In this document: positions 14,401 through 25,783 of the stretch, one piece after another
Position numbering within the stretch: position 1 is the first letter of the stretch
Layout of the letters: each line of letters opens with the position of its first letter
Origin: Tubiluchus corallicola
Lineage: Eukaryota; Animalia; Priapulida
DNA length: 64,000 nt
NCBI GenBank assembly: GCA_030141605.1
Contig: JAQGDQ010000436.1
Span: forward strand, 1-64,000
Direction of reading: 5' to 3'
Notes under the pieces: model-generated
What the model was told of the DNA's origin: nothing
What the model saw: only the letters and a program-made list of their open reading frames with translations
The model's database searches: none
Program-made: the position numbers and the translations under genes

Positions 14401-14870
14401 TTTATGTTATACAGTCTGGATAAGTTGGTCCAGATAACCCAATATTTCAGATAATTAGGGTCCGGTTAATCGAGATTCTACTGTAGTCAACGTTACCCTA
14501 CAAATTTTTAAATGCAATTTTTCACCTTTATTGTTGTTCCCAAAATTTCACATTTCACAGTACCAAAGACAAATAGGTGAGACTATGTGATCAAAACGGT
14601 AAAATGAATATCAGTCGATAGCTCGAAACATTTAACGTTGCTTGAAAACTCAGCTTACGCTTATAACTCTATTCTATGCAAATTTTAACATTCATTATTA
14701 TAAACAGTTACTTTAAGATTAGGATGCGGCTTCACCCCCTCCAAAGATTTGATACTCATGCAAAAAGGAGTAGTGTGGTCAGCTGCCCGTTGCTGCCTTT
14801 CCAGCGCGGGTAACACAATTGTCTTATTTTCGGTAAAAGAATGCCAATCCGTTTTACAGAAAGGCGCCAT
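2455..14870 (-). CDS. NPHP4: Nephrocystin-4 (ciliary transition-zone protein), 5' portion; coding exons 14870-14712, 7316-7173, 6766-6582, 6262-6051, 5305-5118, 3718-3546, 2590-2455
   Basis: All introns are GT-AG and phases join into a 399-aa ORF: MAPFCKTDWHSF...YHVRVHFYDITYRQFFGRSW...FFHTPFKDANIVLVVE...LSCGWGLFRLF...YTGSPRALL...HLVPENVLLS...TLYPSTDKFED...IVERRVRIGVHNGW...DPLFAVVFTLEYI. This is collinear with recalled human NPHP4 motifs (MNDWHRIF, FDVTYRHFFGRTW, LSCGFG, YHGTPRALL, LYPSLEKFEE, ERRLRVGVHNG, HPAFAVIFQLEY). Confidence 0.93.
2720..3135. mobile_element. Tc1/mariner/pogo-type MITE family B, copy 1
   Basis: TA|CAGTGTTCCCTC ... GAGGGAACGCTG|TA gives TIRs with a TA target-site duplication. 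A near-identical, longer inverted copy lies at 60434-61025. Confidence 0.88.
3870..3970 (+). mobile_element. Decayed tRNA-derived SINE head
   Basis: A-box-like 'caactcattcggttagg' and B-box 'gagttcgagtctc' with tRNA-like spacing, but no intact cloverleaf. Confidence 0.5.
4447..4793. mobile_element. MITE with CAGTGGCAGATTTAGG / CCTAAATCCGCCCCTG termini
   Basis: Imperfect 16-bp TIRs; no ORF. Confidence 0.7.
8280..8452 (+). repeat. Dispersed repeat, copy 1 (related copy at about 20988-21156)
   Basis: Shared ordered blocks ggatc..acatccgaaca..aacacacctc..ctgccaca..aagtagg..aaactgt..agaaaag. Confidence 0.6.
9849..10205 (-). mobile_element. Solo LTR (357 bp) of an LTR retrotransposon
   Basis: TG...CA ends with a 7-bp inverted terminus TGTTGTG/CACAACA and a perfect 5-bp TSD TTTTA (9844-9848, 10206-10210). 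On the minus strand a TATA box (ccctatataag, about 10085-10095) is followed by AATAAA (about 9914-9919). Confidence 0.8.
12213..12572 (+). mobile_element. MITE family A, copy 2 (internally deleted), nested in the 11604-14483 element
   Basis: Same TIRs and left half as copy 1; jumps from 'gatggctct' directly to the right TIR. Confidence 0.85.
13613..14320. mobile_element. TIR element nested in the 11604-14483 element
   Basis: TIRs gggcgcggagtacactactagccgaagtaggaca / tgtcctacttcggctagtgtcctactccgctccc. Confidence 0.8.
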
Positions 14871-16505
14871 TGCTGTAAACAAATTCTACTGATGCGTGAA
14901 TGCACAGTAGTTTGATGCATCACTCACTGAGTCTCAAAGTTTTTCTGCGACTTCGTCTAGATCAGAAGTGAAAGACTTTTTGATTGTGACTTCGATCCCA
15001 AGTCCAAAGTTTCCAATAAAAGTATTCTAAGATCACATGCACCACTAAACAGGTTAGCGTACTGTCATGATTTTTGCCCTCCTACCTTTCTCTCACTTCC
15101 ATTGATATTATTACCCAATTCTCAGTTACATTGTTAGGTGTAGTCTTCTACAAAAGCTCACATAATGCATAATAACTTTTACTACGATTAAGTAAGAAGA
15201 GTGTGTAAATAACCAAATGGTTGTACATTCTCCTCATACTTAGTTTATTTCAAATTTTATTGATGTGCTTGTGTTATGATAATGAAATAAATTTCATAGT
15301 TCATGACTGATTTTTGTGAATGCCAAATCTCAAAGTACAAAGTCTGGATAAATTTTATAGTGAAAGTTGACAACCTGAACGTGTTTTCCGTTCTGCTCGC
15401 CAGTTACAACCTGGCAGCCTGACATTCACAACCAATTCAGGCAATTTCTTTGCATGATCGCCGACATATTTATAGGTTTGTAAAAGAATTAATTTACCTC
15501 GTGGAATGTAGCTGCTGTAATTATAACAATCCTTCTTCAGGAACTGGGACTACTTCACTACAACAAAATGGGACTCAGTTAGAATTGAAACTAGTTGCAT
15601 TTGCTGCAAAGGAACTTGCAACTAAATTAAGTTCCATTTCAACTTTCACATACAGTTAACTTTTGCTATTTTTTCACATTTTTATATAATATCCGTGCTT
15701 TCTTTAGTTTGGCACCCTAGAAAAAAAACCATGTTAGTTGTTTTCAGGAATATTTAAGAGATGCCAGTTAGTTTGGGTAGTTCACCTTGGATTATTCAGT
15801 GCATAGCTTGGTGGGCAGAAAAGAGTGAAACAGTGCAATGAATGGGGAAGGAGCAAAGTTTCTTTTGGCGTAAGGGTCTTGGAACTAAAAGTAGTGCCTT
15901 TACTAAAAAGCTAGATGAACTAGGACCTTAAAGTTTCTTTTTTTCACAGAGGAACTCTGAACTGGAATTAGTTCCGTTTCTTTTCAAAGAACTAGGTCCT
16001 GAAACAGAGGACTTTTACAACTCTGCATGTTTATATGTTTAAGAGCTAAAATGAGAGATAAGCCTTCATTTAATTTTAAAACTTTTATAATCTGCATTTT
16101 CTAGAATTAATCGACTATCATAACATTTTGTACAACTACCAAAAACTACAAAATCGGATTTCCAATGTTAAAAATATTGTTGCTATAATAAACGTTATCT
16201 TTATTTTTAACACAAGCACTAGACTAACATAATACACTTCTAAGACTAGTAAATTAACTCAAGGAAAATTCTAAGCAAGCCATTATGTAAACTTTTTTAG
16301 CAAACACAGATCAGATAGGCCCATATTCATTACAAAAACTATGGTCCAGTTGAGTATACAACTGATCTATGTGATTGAAACAGCTATGCTACTGAGGCAC
16401 TGGACCATATTTAATAGCATTTGAAACTGTTGATTAAAACTGGCTGAAAGAATGTCTTCTGGAAGGCCTGTCTGCAATGGTGCTATATCCAAAACTAGGG
16501 CCAGA

Positions 16506-19500
16506 TTACCACTTACTAGCCAAATTAGAAATTCTGAGATGGCGAATTGGCGATCGGCGTGCGTTGGCTGCCCTTAACAAATTTCTGTTACTAAACAGGC
16601 TATCAAAAAACGAGCCCTGTCTTCCATTAATGAGAATGGTAAATTGTGGAGGGACAGTCCCATCCTGATTGGCTTTATTATAAAAAGAATGACGTGGCTG
16701 AATCTTGAAGTTCTTTTGACTCAAACCACCATGATAGAAACCTGGTGACTGAGAACTGGTATGTCTTTCAGTTAAACTGGGCAACGGTCTTCTGTTGGCA
16801 GTCTCGTGAGGCAATGGAATATATGTGTTGGTGGTTTTTGTAATGACACGTGGCTGTCTGTTGCTGTCTCTAGAAGAGTAGTATGTGCAGGATTGAAAAT
16901 GTGGAACCCCACTGTTTGAATTCATCTTTGGCAAAGTACATCTCGAAATTCTTTTATTTGAGTTGCTGGTTCTCCTGGTATTTTTGTTATCTAAAAACAA
17001 CAAAAAGAAAAGCTTAATGCAAATTATCAATGTTTCTGACAAATAAACGAACTGGGGATTTTGCACACTTGGCCATCTGACTTTGTTAGTTGCTTATCGT
17101 AGATGACAAAAATATACCTAAACGACAGCAACAGCCACACTGCAGCAACTTCTTGAAACTAGTTGTCTAGCAGTTTTTGACATAAAAAATATCTTCTACC
17201 TTATTTTAAAGTCCAAACTTGCCCCTTATGCAACCCAGATGTATTGATGTATTCTAAGCCACAAGGCTGACAGAAGTTAAAAATCCATACTACTAACGCT
17301 GACATTGTAGTGTATCACTTATCATTACTATCTGAGGTGCAACAGATTCAAAATTTACAAGTATAATTCAGTTCCTGGCATTTTGATCATCCATTCGACA
17401 AATTAGCAGTAATTGTCAAAAAAAGTGCACTGTGTACATACGTGTGATTATAGAAAAAACCTGAACTAATATTAGTAAAATTTAATTAAAAGCAACTGTG
17501 AGTCTGTGTCAATGATTCTATAAATAGGAATCAGACCAAGACATCAACTAGGCCTCTTTAAATAAAATTGTGCGTATGCCTATGTAATAAAAGGGTAACT
17601 AAATAATAATAAGAAATGATGACAATGCGAATTCTACCAAAGGCATTTGATTACTCTGTGACTCCTGCTCTAAAACTAGTGAATACAGCAACTCTAGTCA
17701 TTGCAAACTGCACTTCTAATACCATAGAATAGAGAACGTCTGTATGCAGTAATTAATAACTGTTAATAATATCTGCACTAAACAGCAGTAGTTTATGTTT
17801 TTTCCATAAATCTAACATTATAAACCAGAATTCCTAATAAGCCAGCTAAAGGATACTGACACATTACGACTTTTATTATTCGTTTTTGTGATTTTCAACC
17901 TTTCTAATGGGTTTTCGCCCATTCTGTAAAAACTGCAGGTATGTCAAAGAAAATGCATTTGAAGAAAAAAGTGCACTGTTTATTTGTATGTTAAAAGTTC
18001 CACTGCTTTCATTGCTAATAATTTTTGTGGTTACATTTTAGTCGCAAGTGTGTCACTATCCAAAAATTAAGAAAGCAATATGATAACCATCACCTAAGGA
18101 ATTAAAGTCCATCAACACCTGGTTTGTAATGACTATTTTCTACTGGTAGAAGCCTAATGGTGTACCGTCGATGTCTGGACCTCCGTAGCGTGGATCAATT
18201 GAAGAAGGTGGGATAAACTCTCCTCTGCCATCGCCAAACTGAGGTCCTGGTGGATAGCCAGGTCCTTGTACATATCTGGGATCAAATCCTTCAGGGCCCC
18301 GTGAAGGAACTTGATGAGGAACGCGGCGGTTGTTTGGAATAAGAACAATCCGCCTTTCAAATTGACCATTGCGAGTTGGAAGAATGAGAGCAACTGGTGT
18401 TACGTCACGTTGTGGACCCACAAAACTCTGCCCTTGAGACGACCTAGAAACGTTTTGTAAACTTGTAAGTGTCATATCATATACCTAAGGACATAGTGAA
18501 ATCTTAGCAACTATTTGCAATAAGTTCGCAAAACAGTTTTGCAAAACAGAATGGAGAAAGAATTTCTTACCCTGCAAACGGAAATGCCGACTCTTCTTGA
18601 TCATCATTGTTATATTTGTAATCACCTTCTTGTGCATCAAGGTATTCACTTGGACTGGGATATCTTTCAGCCCCTGGAGCAAACTGTCTTGGTGGCAAAT
18701 CTGAAGGTGACAGCCGTCTAACGGAACCTCCGGGAAATTCAAATCGAGAAGATTGAGCGGGTATGGGCGGTTGCTGGTAAGTAATACCAACATTTGCTAT
18801 ACTGTCTCTACTTCCAGTTCTACTATTCGATACTACTACTTGATCAGTAACGTCTCTGTTTTGCGGGATCCGTTGTATTCTTGTTTGGCCTGGGCGAATG
18901 GCTCGTCTTGGCAGTAAGAAAAATGGTGCTGGACCATTTTGTTGTCCAAGCTGAAGGCCTGTTGGGCGACCCGGTGTTTGGATTGTAATTCCACTTGTTT
19001 GGCGGCCGTTCTGGCTACGTCCAGATGGTATTTGACCTTGGAATCTGCTTCTGAGAACTTGGTCACGAATTACTGGATTAAATCTTGGTTGGTTGTCAGC
19101 ATGTTCTGGCCCAACAAAGAAGCCACCTTGTCTTGGTCCATTATTATTTCGTACTAAATGAGGTGGCAAATCACTGAACGGATTGGCTTGTTGACTTCTC
19201 AGTGGGCCTTGTGGGAAAGTGTTTTGTGAACTAAACGATGTTGGCCCTCGTCCAAATCCTGGTGGAACCTTTGGGAACTGATTACTACTTTGTGGTCTTG
19301 AAAACTGCAGCCTTGGGTCAACATTAAAGTTATTCCCTCCAATGCTTGCTCGTTCATTATTTGGGCCAGAAAAGCCTCCCTCGGAGCCTCTTGTCGACTG
19401 TTGTTGAGGTCCTACAGGAAACGGCCCTCGTGCATTTTGGCCAAAGTCACGACCAACAAAAGAGCTTGCAAATGAATTTCCTCTATTATCTGAATTGTCA

Positions 19501-21348
19501 GTATTGGCTCTGTTGTTTGAAATGCCAAACAGATCTAGCGACGGTACTATATCATCTTGGCCATCAAGAACATTATCAGTGGTGTCTTCTCTAGCTGGTA
19601 GAGGTGGCACATTATCAAGTGGAACTAACTGTTGTCCCTTGCCATCATTTCCATTAGCTCTGCCATTAGAAAACAATGGTGGTAGAGCAGCAGGTAAGAA
19701 ACTTTCATCTCCTGTGTCATCATCACCATCATCATTTTCATTTTCTGGCAATGGCGACAATCCAAAATTAGTACCTGGAGGTATAAATAAGACGGGTGGT
19801 TCTTGATTATCGCTGATTAAAACGGGCTGAGACACGTCTGGTGGACTTGCATGATCTGATGTTTCAAAAGGAGGATCAATTTCATCCTCGTCAGTAATTT
19901 CACTCTCCTCATCTCGTGGATCACTGATATCGCCTGCAGTCTCAGAAAATCTAACAGAAAGCCCGGGTGGTAAGAAGGCTGGAACATACTCTGGTCTGTT
20001 GTAAATGATTTCATCATCAGAATTCTCTTCATCCACTTGCGATGTTGGAGGAAATCCAGGCGGTAGAAATACTACAGGTGCATCTTGATTTGTCTTTACA
20101 CTCACGTCATGGGTCTTCTCATCTACAACTGCCCTCTGGTCTTCGTCACTTGTTTCGTCTGCATCATCCTCTTGTGTGTCATCTATTGTAATTGGTGGCC
20201 CTCCACCTAAGATTCTTGGAGGGAAAAACCCAAAAGGAATTTCAGGCTGTATATCTGTTGCACCTGATTGGCGATTTGGTGTTGGAACACTGTCTACTTC
20301 AGGTGGTATGCTAAATTCTTGCCTAATTTGAGAACTGCTAGGTTGTCTTGAATTCTTTTCTGCGAAAGGTGGAGACTGATCAGATTCCGGCAAAACAGGT
20401 GCACCATGCAGCAAAAGTGGCAAAAATTTTGGCGGCATAGGATCGGTATCTTCTTCTGCATTTTCAGCACCTTCATTTGCCGTTCCCACGCGATATTCCG
20501 GACTTATCCTCGCCAGTTCTGGAGGTAGTACAGCAAAAGGAGGAAAACTGTCATGAATGGCGTCATCATTATTTTCTACATCAGTTTCTGACAGAGGTGG
20601 TTTTTCCACATCTTGAACTTTAGGATGCTGTTGCACGGTCTCATCAACATCTGATGACTTTAAACTGGTTTCAATACTGGCAGTGTCCGGTAAAACTGCA
20701 GGTTCAGATTTTTTGACAGCAATGACTGGTTGCTGATTTTTGCTTCGGTTCCTGTCAAAAAATGTGGTGACGGGAACAGGAAAGCCATCCACTTTCTGCC
20801 CAAGACTAAAGAAGAAGGGTCGTCGCCTATCTTTAGGTCTATCCAGTGTTCCAGCACTTATTAGAACAATCTGAAATTACAAATCAAAGAGAACGTATAC
20901 ATGCGTTATGAAATTTGTGATCACTTTGTAAGGGCAGTTTGGCTGCGTAATAATTATTTTCTTGTGTGGCAATTTACCTCATTGAAGAGGATCCATACAC
21001 ATCCGAACAATGCCAACACACCTCTGTCGGGTCAGTTACTCGTCTTAGAGGATTAGTCTTTACAATATGCAAAAGAACCAGTCCTGCCACATACGTACAT
21101 TTCAAGTAGGTTCTACAATTAATGTAGAATGCGTTGCACGAAACTGTGTAGAAAAGACAATAGTCTTACATTACATTGATCAACTATTTTGATTTGCTTT
21201 TTCGTACTTGATTCCAAAACTGTTTGTGGATATACAAAAACAGCCAAGTACACATACAGTAGCTACAATTGGAAACTGTGTTCTCGCAATTACATACCTG
21301 CACTACAGCGACCAACAGCACAAGTTGTGCACCCACGGATGTGTTCAT
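16506..21348 (-). CDS. Orphan secreted Pro-rich, low-complexity protein (about 1037 aa); exons 21348-21298, 20870-18571, 18443-18166, 16990-16506
   Basis: GT-AG exons join in phase (0,2,1). The N-terminus is a hydrophobic signal-like segment MNTSVGAQLVLLVAVVQIVLISAG, and exon 2 is a 2.3-kb open exon. The N-half is acidic and the C-half is Arg/Gln/Gly/Phe-rich; no recognisable domain. The last junction is the least certain, because an in-frame stop at 18140 would give 884 aa. Confidence 0.8.
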
Positions 21349-21888
21349 GGTCACCGTTGTGTGTCTTATTAACCTGCAAAACGTCATCAACAAACACGTA
21401 AAAGACAATTTGAAATGCGACGAGCTACGCCTTGTTAAAGAGTAACTGTTAGAGTTCTAGGTTTTATTAGCAGGACAACTATTTCGTACGAAACTGCTTT
21501 CTCCGGCAGGGCAGTCCGTAGCATGGCCTGTAGTAATAGTGAAAACTTCATTACCTTCTATTATTTTCATGCATTTATAATTGTTTTCATAAGCGGCGAC
21601 GAGAAACATTTTCGTTTCGTGAACGTAACTATAACTACTTTTTACCAAACGCAGTTCGGAGCTGTGGATGGGATGAAATCCCCCATGAGTATGCAGCCCA
21701 TAGGATTGATAGGAAAATCAGCGGAGTTATGGTGGGTTCATCCCAAATGCTGTCTCCAGTGCATATGCTTTTTTCCTAATGCTTAAACAGTTTTGTAATA
21801 TAACACGGGAAGCGGTTGTATCACCTCTGCCTCCATCTACAAGGACTACTATTGACTTAGTAAAAACTAATGCAACTTTTAAATTATA

Positions 21889-21927
21889 TACACACACACA
21901 CACACACACAAGCACACACGCACACAC

Positions 21928-22006
<79 letters not shown>
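21889..22006. repeat. (CA)n microsatellite
   Basis: Direct observation. Confidence 0.98.
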
Positions 22007-22009
<3 letters not shown>

Positions 22010-22963
22010 CAGCAATCACTGCATTACTACAAACATATTATGATAATTGCTGCTATTATAATACGAACTATATGTCAAGGCTAAACTAACATCGTTTGTT
22101 TTTTCCGGGGTTTGATCGGCACTTGAAAATTATCCTGCAATTTCACACGTCGTGAAATTATGCGTTAGAGAATGGATACTTCTAAACAACGTAATTGCAA
22201 AAAAAATTATGAGGAGGTAAGACTCCCTTTGGCGTCTGTAGAATACGCATACTTATCAATCTGGACATTCGCTAAAACAATTACTTATTTAAAATCTCTG
22301 CATTTACTAAGGCATTTAATTTTAAGTATACCAGGCTCGAAGGGAGCTTAAAAGCTTAAAATTGTGCTCATTTCAGTATTAAGTGTTTCTTTAAGTTAAA
22401 GTTGTGTGTAAAATGCGCGTCTTTGTTTGTTTATTTGACTTCAAACTATCCAATACTATTACTATTAATAAATCTTGCAAAAAGTTTAGTTAGCTATCCT
22501 ATCAAGAAAAAATAACAGCTGCTTATAAACAGGCAGGAAAAGATTATTTCTTTTGGGCATGCGCAGCTGAAACGTTTAGAAATTCCTGATCATTTTGCAC
22601 TCGAGTTTCTTCCAGACAATTCTGGAAAAGTAATGCGTAGTTTTTCCCTGCCCTGAAGCTAGTACAGAAAATTAGGTTACCTGTCATTAGAAGGTGTCCT
22701 AGGGAGAACGAGATGTCACGTGTACTAGTACATGTCAGAGGCACTACGTGCAATGTTTGAGTAATATTGATCATCAGTGGATTAACGTCAGGCTTCAGCG
22801 TGTTCAATCCAGGATATCTTTTGTGTTGTTTACATGCTATTCAGATGGACGTATTTGGTATTATTTGATAAACGAACAAGTTTGGAGCAGTAATTTCAAG
22901 GTGTCAATTGAGTGTTTTTCTCTGGCTGTACCGCCATAGGTATCAATATCAATTTACAGTGAA

Positions 22964-23075
22964 TTGCTATTACTTATACTGGATAGTATGATTGCTATTA
23001 CTTATATTGGATAGTATGTTTGCTATTACTTATATTGGATAGTATGTTTGCTATTACTTATATTGGATAGTATGT
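22964..23075. repeat. 28-bp minisatellite x4 (ttgctattacttatattggatagtatgt)
   Basis: Direct observation. Confidence 0.92.
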
Positions 23076-24539
23076 ACACGTGCACACGTATATACATGTA
23101 GGTATCATGTGTTGATAGCTGAGTGTAAAATACCTATTTAACATTTGCAGGAAAAAATGTGCTTAGCAAAGCTCCAACCACAATTTCAGCAAAGCTACCT
23201 AGTGAACCTGCTGTTAGCCAACATCAGCGCTTATACAACTTAACATCAGTCATAGATAATAGTACGTACAGTAATTAAATTAGTTGCGGGAAGACGTGGG
23301 AGCTTTGAATCGCTCTAAACAAGAGCTTGTAAAGTTCATTTACAGTTGTGAAGACAGCGCATGCATTGTAGGTTGTTTTTTGAACAACTTCTCACAAGCC
23401 CCAGGGCAATGTCGTGATTTATAACTAGATTTAATCGTCATGAAATTCCATGATGGTCTAAAGATCTGCTAAGATAACATCTTACTGGATAAATTAATGA
23501 ATGTAAGAAAAACTAAGAACTAGATGGAAGTCTTGACATTTCAGCTTGTGCATGAATCGTGAGTTTGTGTTGATAAGCATTTTATCAAAAAATATAAACT
23601 TATAATAATCACTGTCTTTGTGACTGTGATCCTTATGTTTTGCGCATTGTATAATCTGAGCACAAAGCAATTTCTATGGCACACAGGTAGACCTACCTTA
23701 CTTTTGTTGATCACAAGTTACGATAAGTTTCGTTTTTGAATCTTTTTTCGCTTAATTACAACTTCAAAAGTAGAAAAAGAAAACGTCGCGCTAGTAACCT
23801 TAACGCCATATGTTTTGAGGTCTGACCTACCTGTCTTGTAAAAAGAATTATTACGGTAATAATTAACATCACTCAACAAAAAAATCTTTACCAAAAACAA
23901 CGTTTCAGTTTGTCAGGCACTGGTATCGTTATCATCGGACAGTGAAAAATAATAGCTGTTAGTCTGTTGTTGAAGTATTGCTTTTAACAAGTTTCATTTT
24001 ATTGTGGGGATAATAAATATTACTGAAATGATATTTAAATCTATTGTTAGAAAGAAATGTGACCAGCAGTTATATTGTTTAACACTTGTTTCAAGGGTCT
24101 AACCTTAACGTTTGGTCATTTTTATATAGGGAATTTCAGGGTCACTATTTTAGTTTCGTTTTCTTTCCTTCTTCCGCCAGCAGTTTAAACATTATTAGTT
24201 ATCTAGTTAAGCATCTCTTTTTGTCAAGACGTTATTGGTATTTCGTGTGTTAGAAAGACTCATTTGAAAAAGTCTAAGCATAGATAAATAAAGCAATATA
24301 ACTTTTACAAAAAAGAAGAAAGAAACCAGTATATTTGCAAATATAACAGAATTAAATTTCTTCAAATTCGTTAAAGTCGCTAACGCTTTACGTGAATCCA
24401 CAAGAGTTGGCTTAATTCCATTCATCGCTAACCTTTTTAGTTTTAATTGTATCTCCATGTTTCACTGTGCAGCTTTTTAACTACTTGCTTCATTCACGGA
24501 ACAAAGTGAAATTATCTTTCTCAACGCGCGTCATCTTAC

Positions 24540-24616
24540 CTTTAGAATTTTGGTCGCGTTGGAGAGAACCGTGTCAATGGAACACAAACTTTCTCTTCAC
24601 CAGTTTCCAGTGGAAC
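24540..24616 (-). promoter_or_regulatory. Candidate promoter / non-coding first exon with two X-box (RFX)-like motifs
   Basis: CpG-enriched patch with a minus-strand donor AAG|GTAAGA at 24540/24539. Motifs GTGTCAATGGAAC (24571-24583) and GTTTCCAGTGGAAC (24603-24616) loosely resemble GTTNCCATGGNAAC. Confidence 0.35.
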
Positions 24617-25246
24617 GTTTATGTACAAAACATGAACACTGCAGCCTGCGACGGTCTATACTAAACTATACTTATGTATGAAAAAGCGTTCATGCGTTGA
24701 GAGAATTAAAATGACCTCGTACTAGACTTTCACTAGCCAGTAAATTTCCATATAGTATAATAATAAAGGTTACATGGCAAAGTTTATTAACAGCGAATGC
24801 ACGGTTTTTCATATACAAGTCGGCACTTTGTAAACCAAGATCAAGCATACGCAAGTATGATTAAGGCAGGACCGGAGCCTTTCTCGTAATAGTAACTTAA
24901 GATGAAATACTGAGTCACCCAAAGTGTCTTCGCCACGTTCGGACATGAATACACTCTTTTTCGATGATATGAATAGGCAGGACAATATGGAAGATACAAA
25001 CCCAGTGCCCCCATCCATTTAATGGCATGGTTGGTGTTGCTTAACTATTGTCACTAAACACATATTTCTTAACAACAGTAACATGCAAGTTGTTTTATGA
25101 ATGACCTGTTGCTCTCATTTCTAGGCACAACATTTTAGCGCAACTGTATTTATAATATGCACATGCATTAAAAATACTTCAGCTGGGACCTTTAGCTGGT
25201 ACGACTAAATCAGTTTCTGATTCTGTCAGCCACCCAGTCGCTCTTA

Positions 25247-25783
25247 CAGGGCCGGCTCAAGGTTGTTCGATGCCCTAGGCAGAAGTATTTTTAGCGCCCC
25301 CCTAAACGATCAACCCTTTTCTTTACTGTCACTCATTTTATCAAGTAATATCAACAGCTTCTTTGCCTTCCGTTTCCTGTATTCCGATCCTGGAAACTTC
25401 GATTTTTACAGGTCTATCTGTCATTAGACAAATGCTATTGTAAGAATTTTTTTATTAATGGAGAGATCGTTATTACAAGCACTTTCATAGATCTGTAGTT
25501 CCTTGTAGAAACTGCGGCAAAAAGCAGAACAATGCGTCAGTAGTGTCCGAGTGAAATGACGTAATCTTACGAAACCAGATGTGGGAAGACACTGCCTAGC
25601 GTCGATGAATCATGCATTTTGACAGGAAAATAACGCAACTAGTTTGTCACATTTAATTAAAGTGTAGTGCACTTAAGCGATTACAAAATCTTAAAGTTAT
25701 TAATTATGCTAAACTTAAAAATTAAAGAATTGCTTCCAGAATCTGTCACCCTAGGCAACTGTCTGGTGGTAGAGTCGGCCCTC
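25247..25783. mobile_element. MITE with CAGGGCCGGCTC / GAGTCGGCCCT termini
   Basis: Imperfect TIRs with subterminal (t)gccctaggc motifs; a short tandem duplication lies just after the right end. Confidence 0.55.

Larger units (their letters stand above)
11604..14483. mobile_element. pogo/Tigger-like non-autonomous DNA transposon containing nested insertions
   Basis: TA|CAGTACAACCCGAGTTATCCGGAC ... GTCCGGTTAATCGAGATTCTACTG|TA TIRs with a TA TSD, and repeated (T)CCGGATAA subterminal motifs at both ends. Confidence 0.75.

Noticed and set aside
15530-16025. Region rich in GAACTA/TAGTTC motifs
   Set aside because: Probably a decayed MITE, but I could not define TIRs or a TSD, so it is not called.
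18539-19806. Plus-strand ORFs overlapping the 741-aa ORF
   Set aside because: Antisense shadows of a GC-richer coding exon, with no splice or homology support.
21727-22084. Poly-VC and poly-HT ORFs
   Set aside because: Translations of the (CA)n microsatellite.
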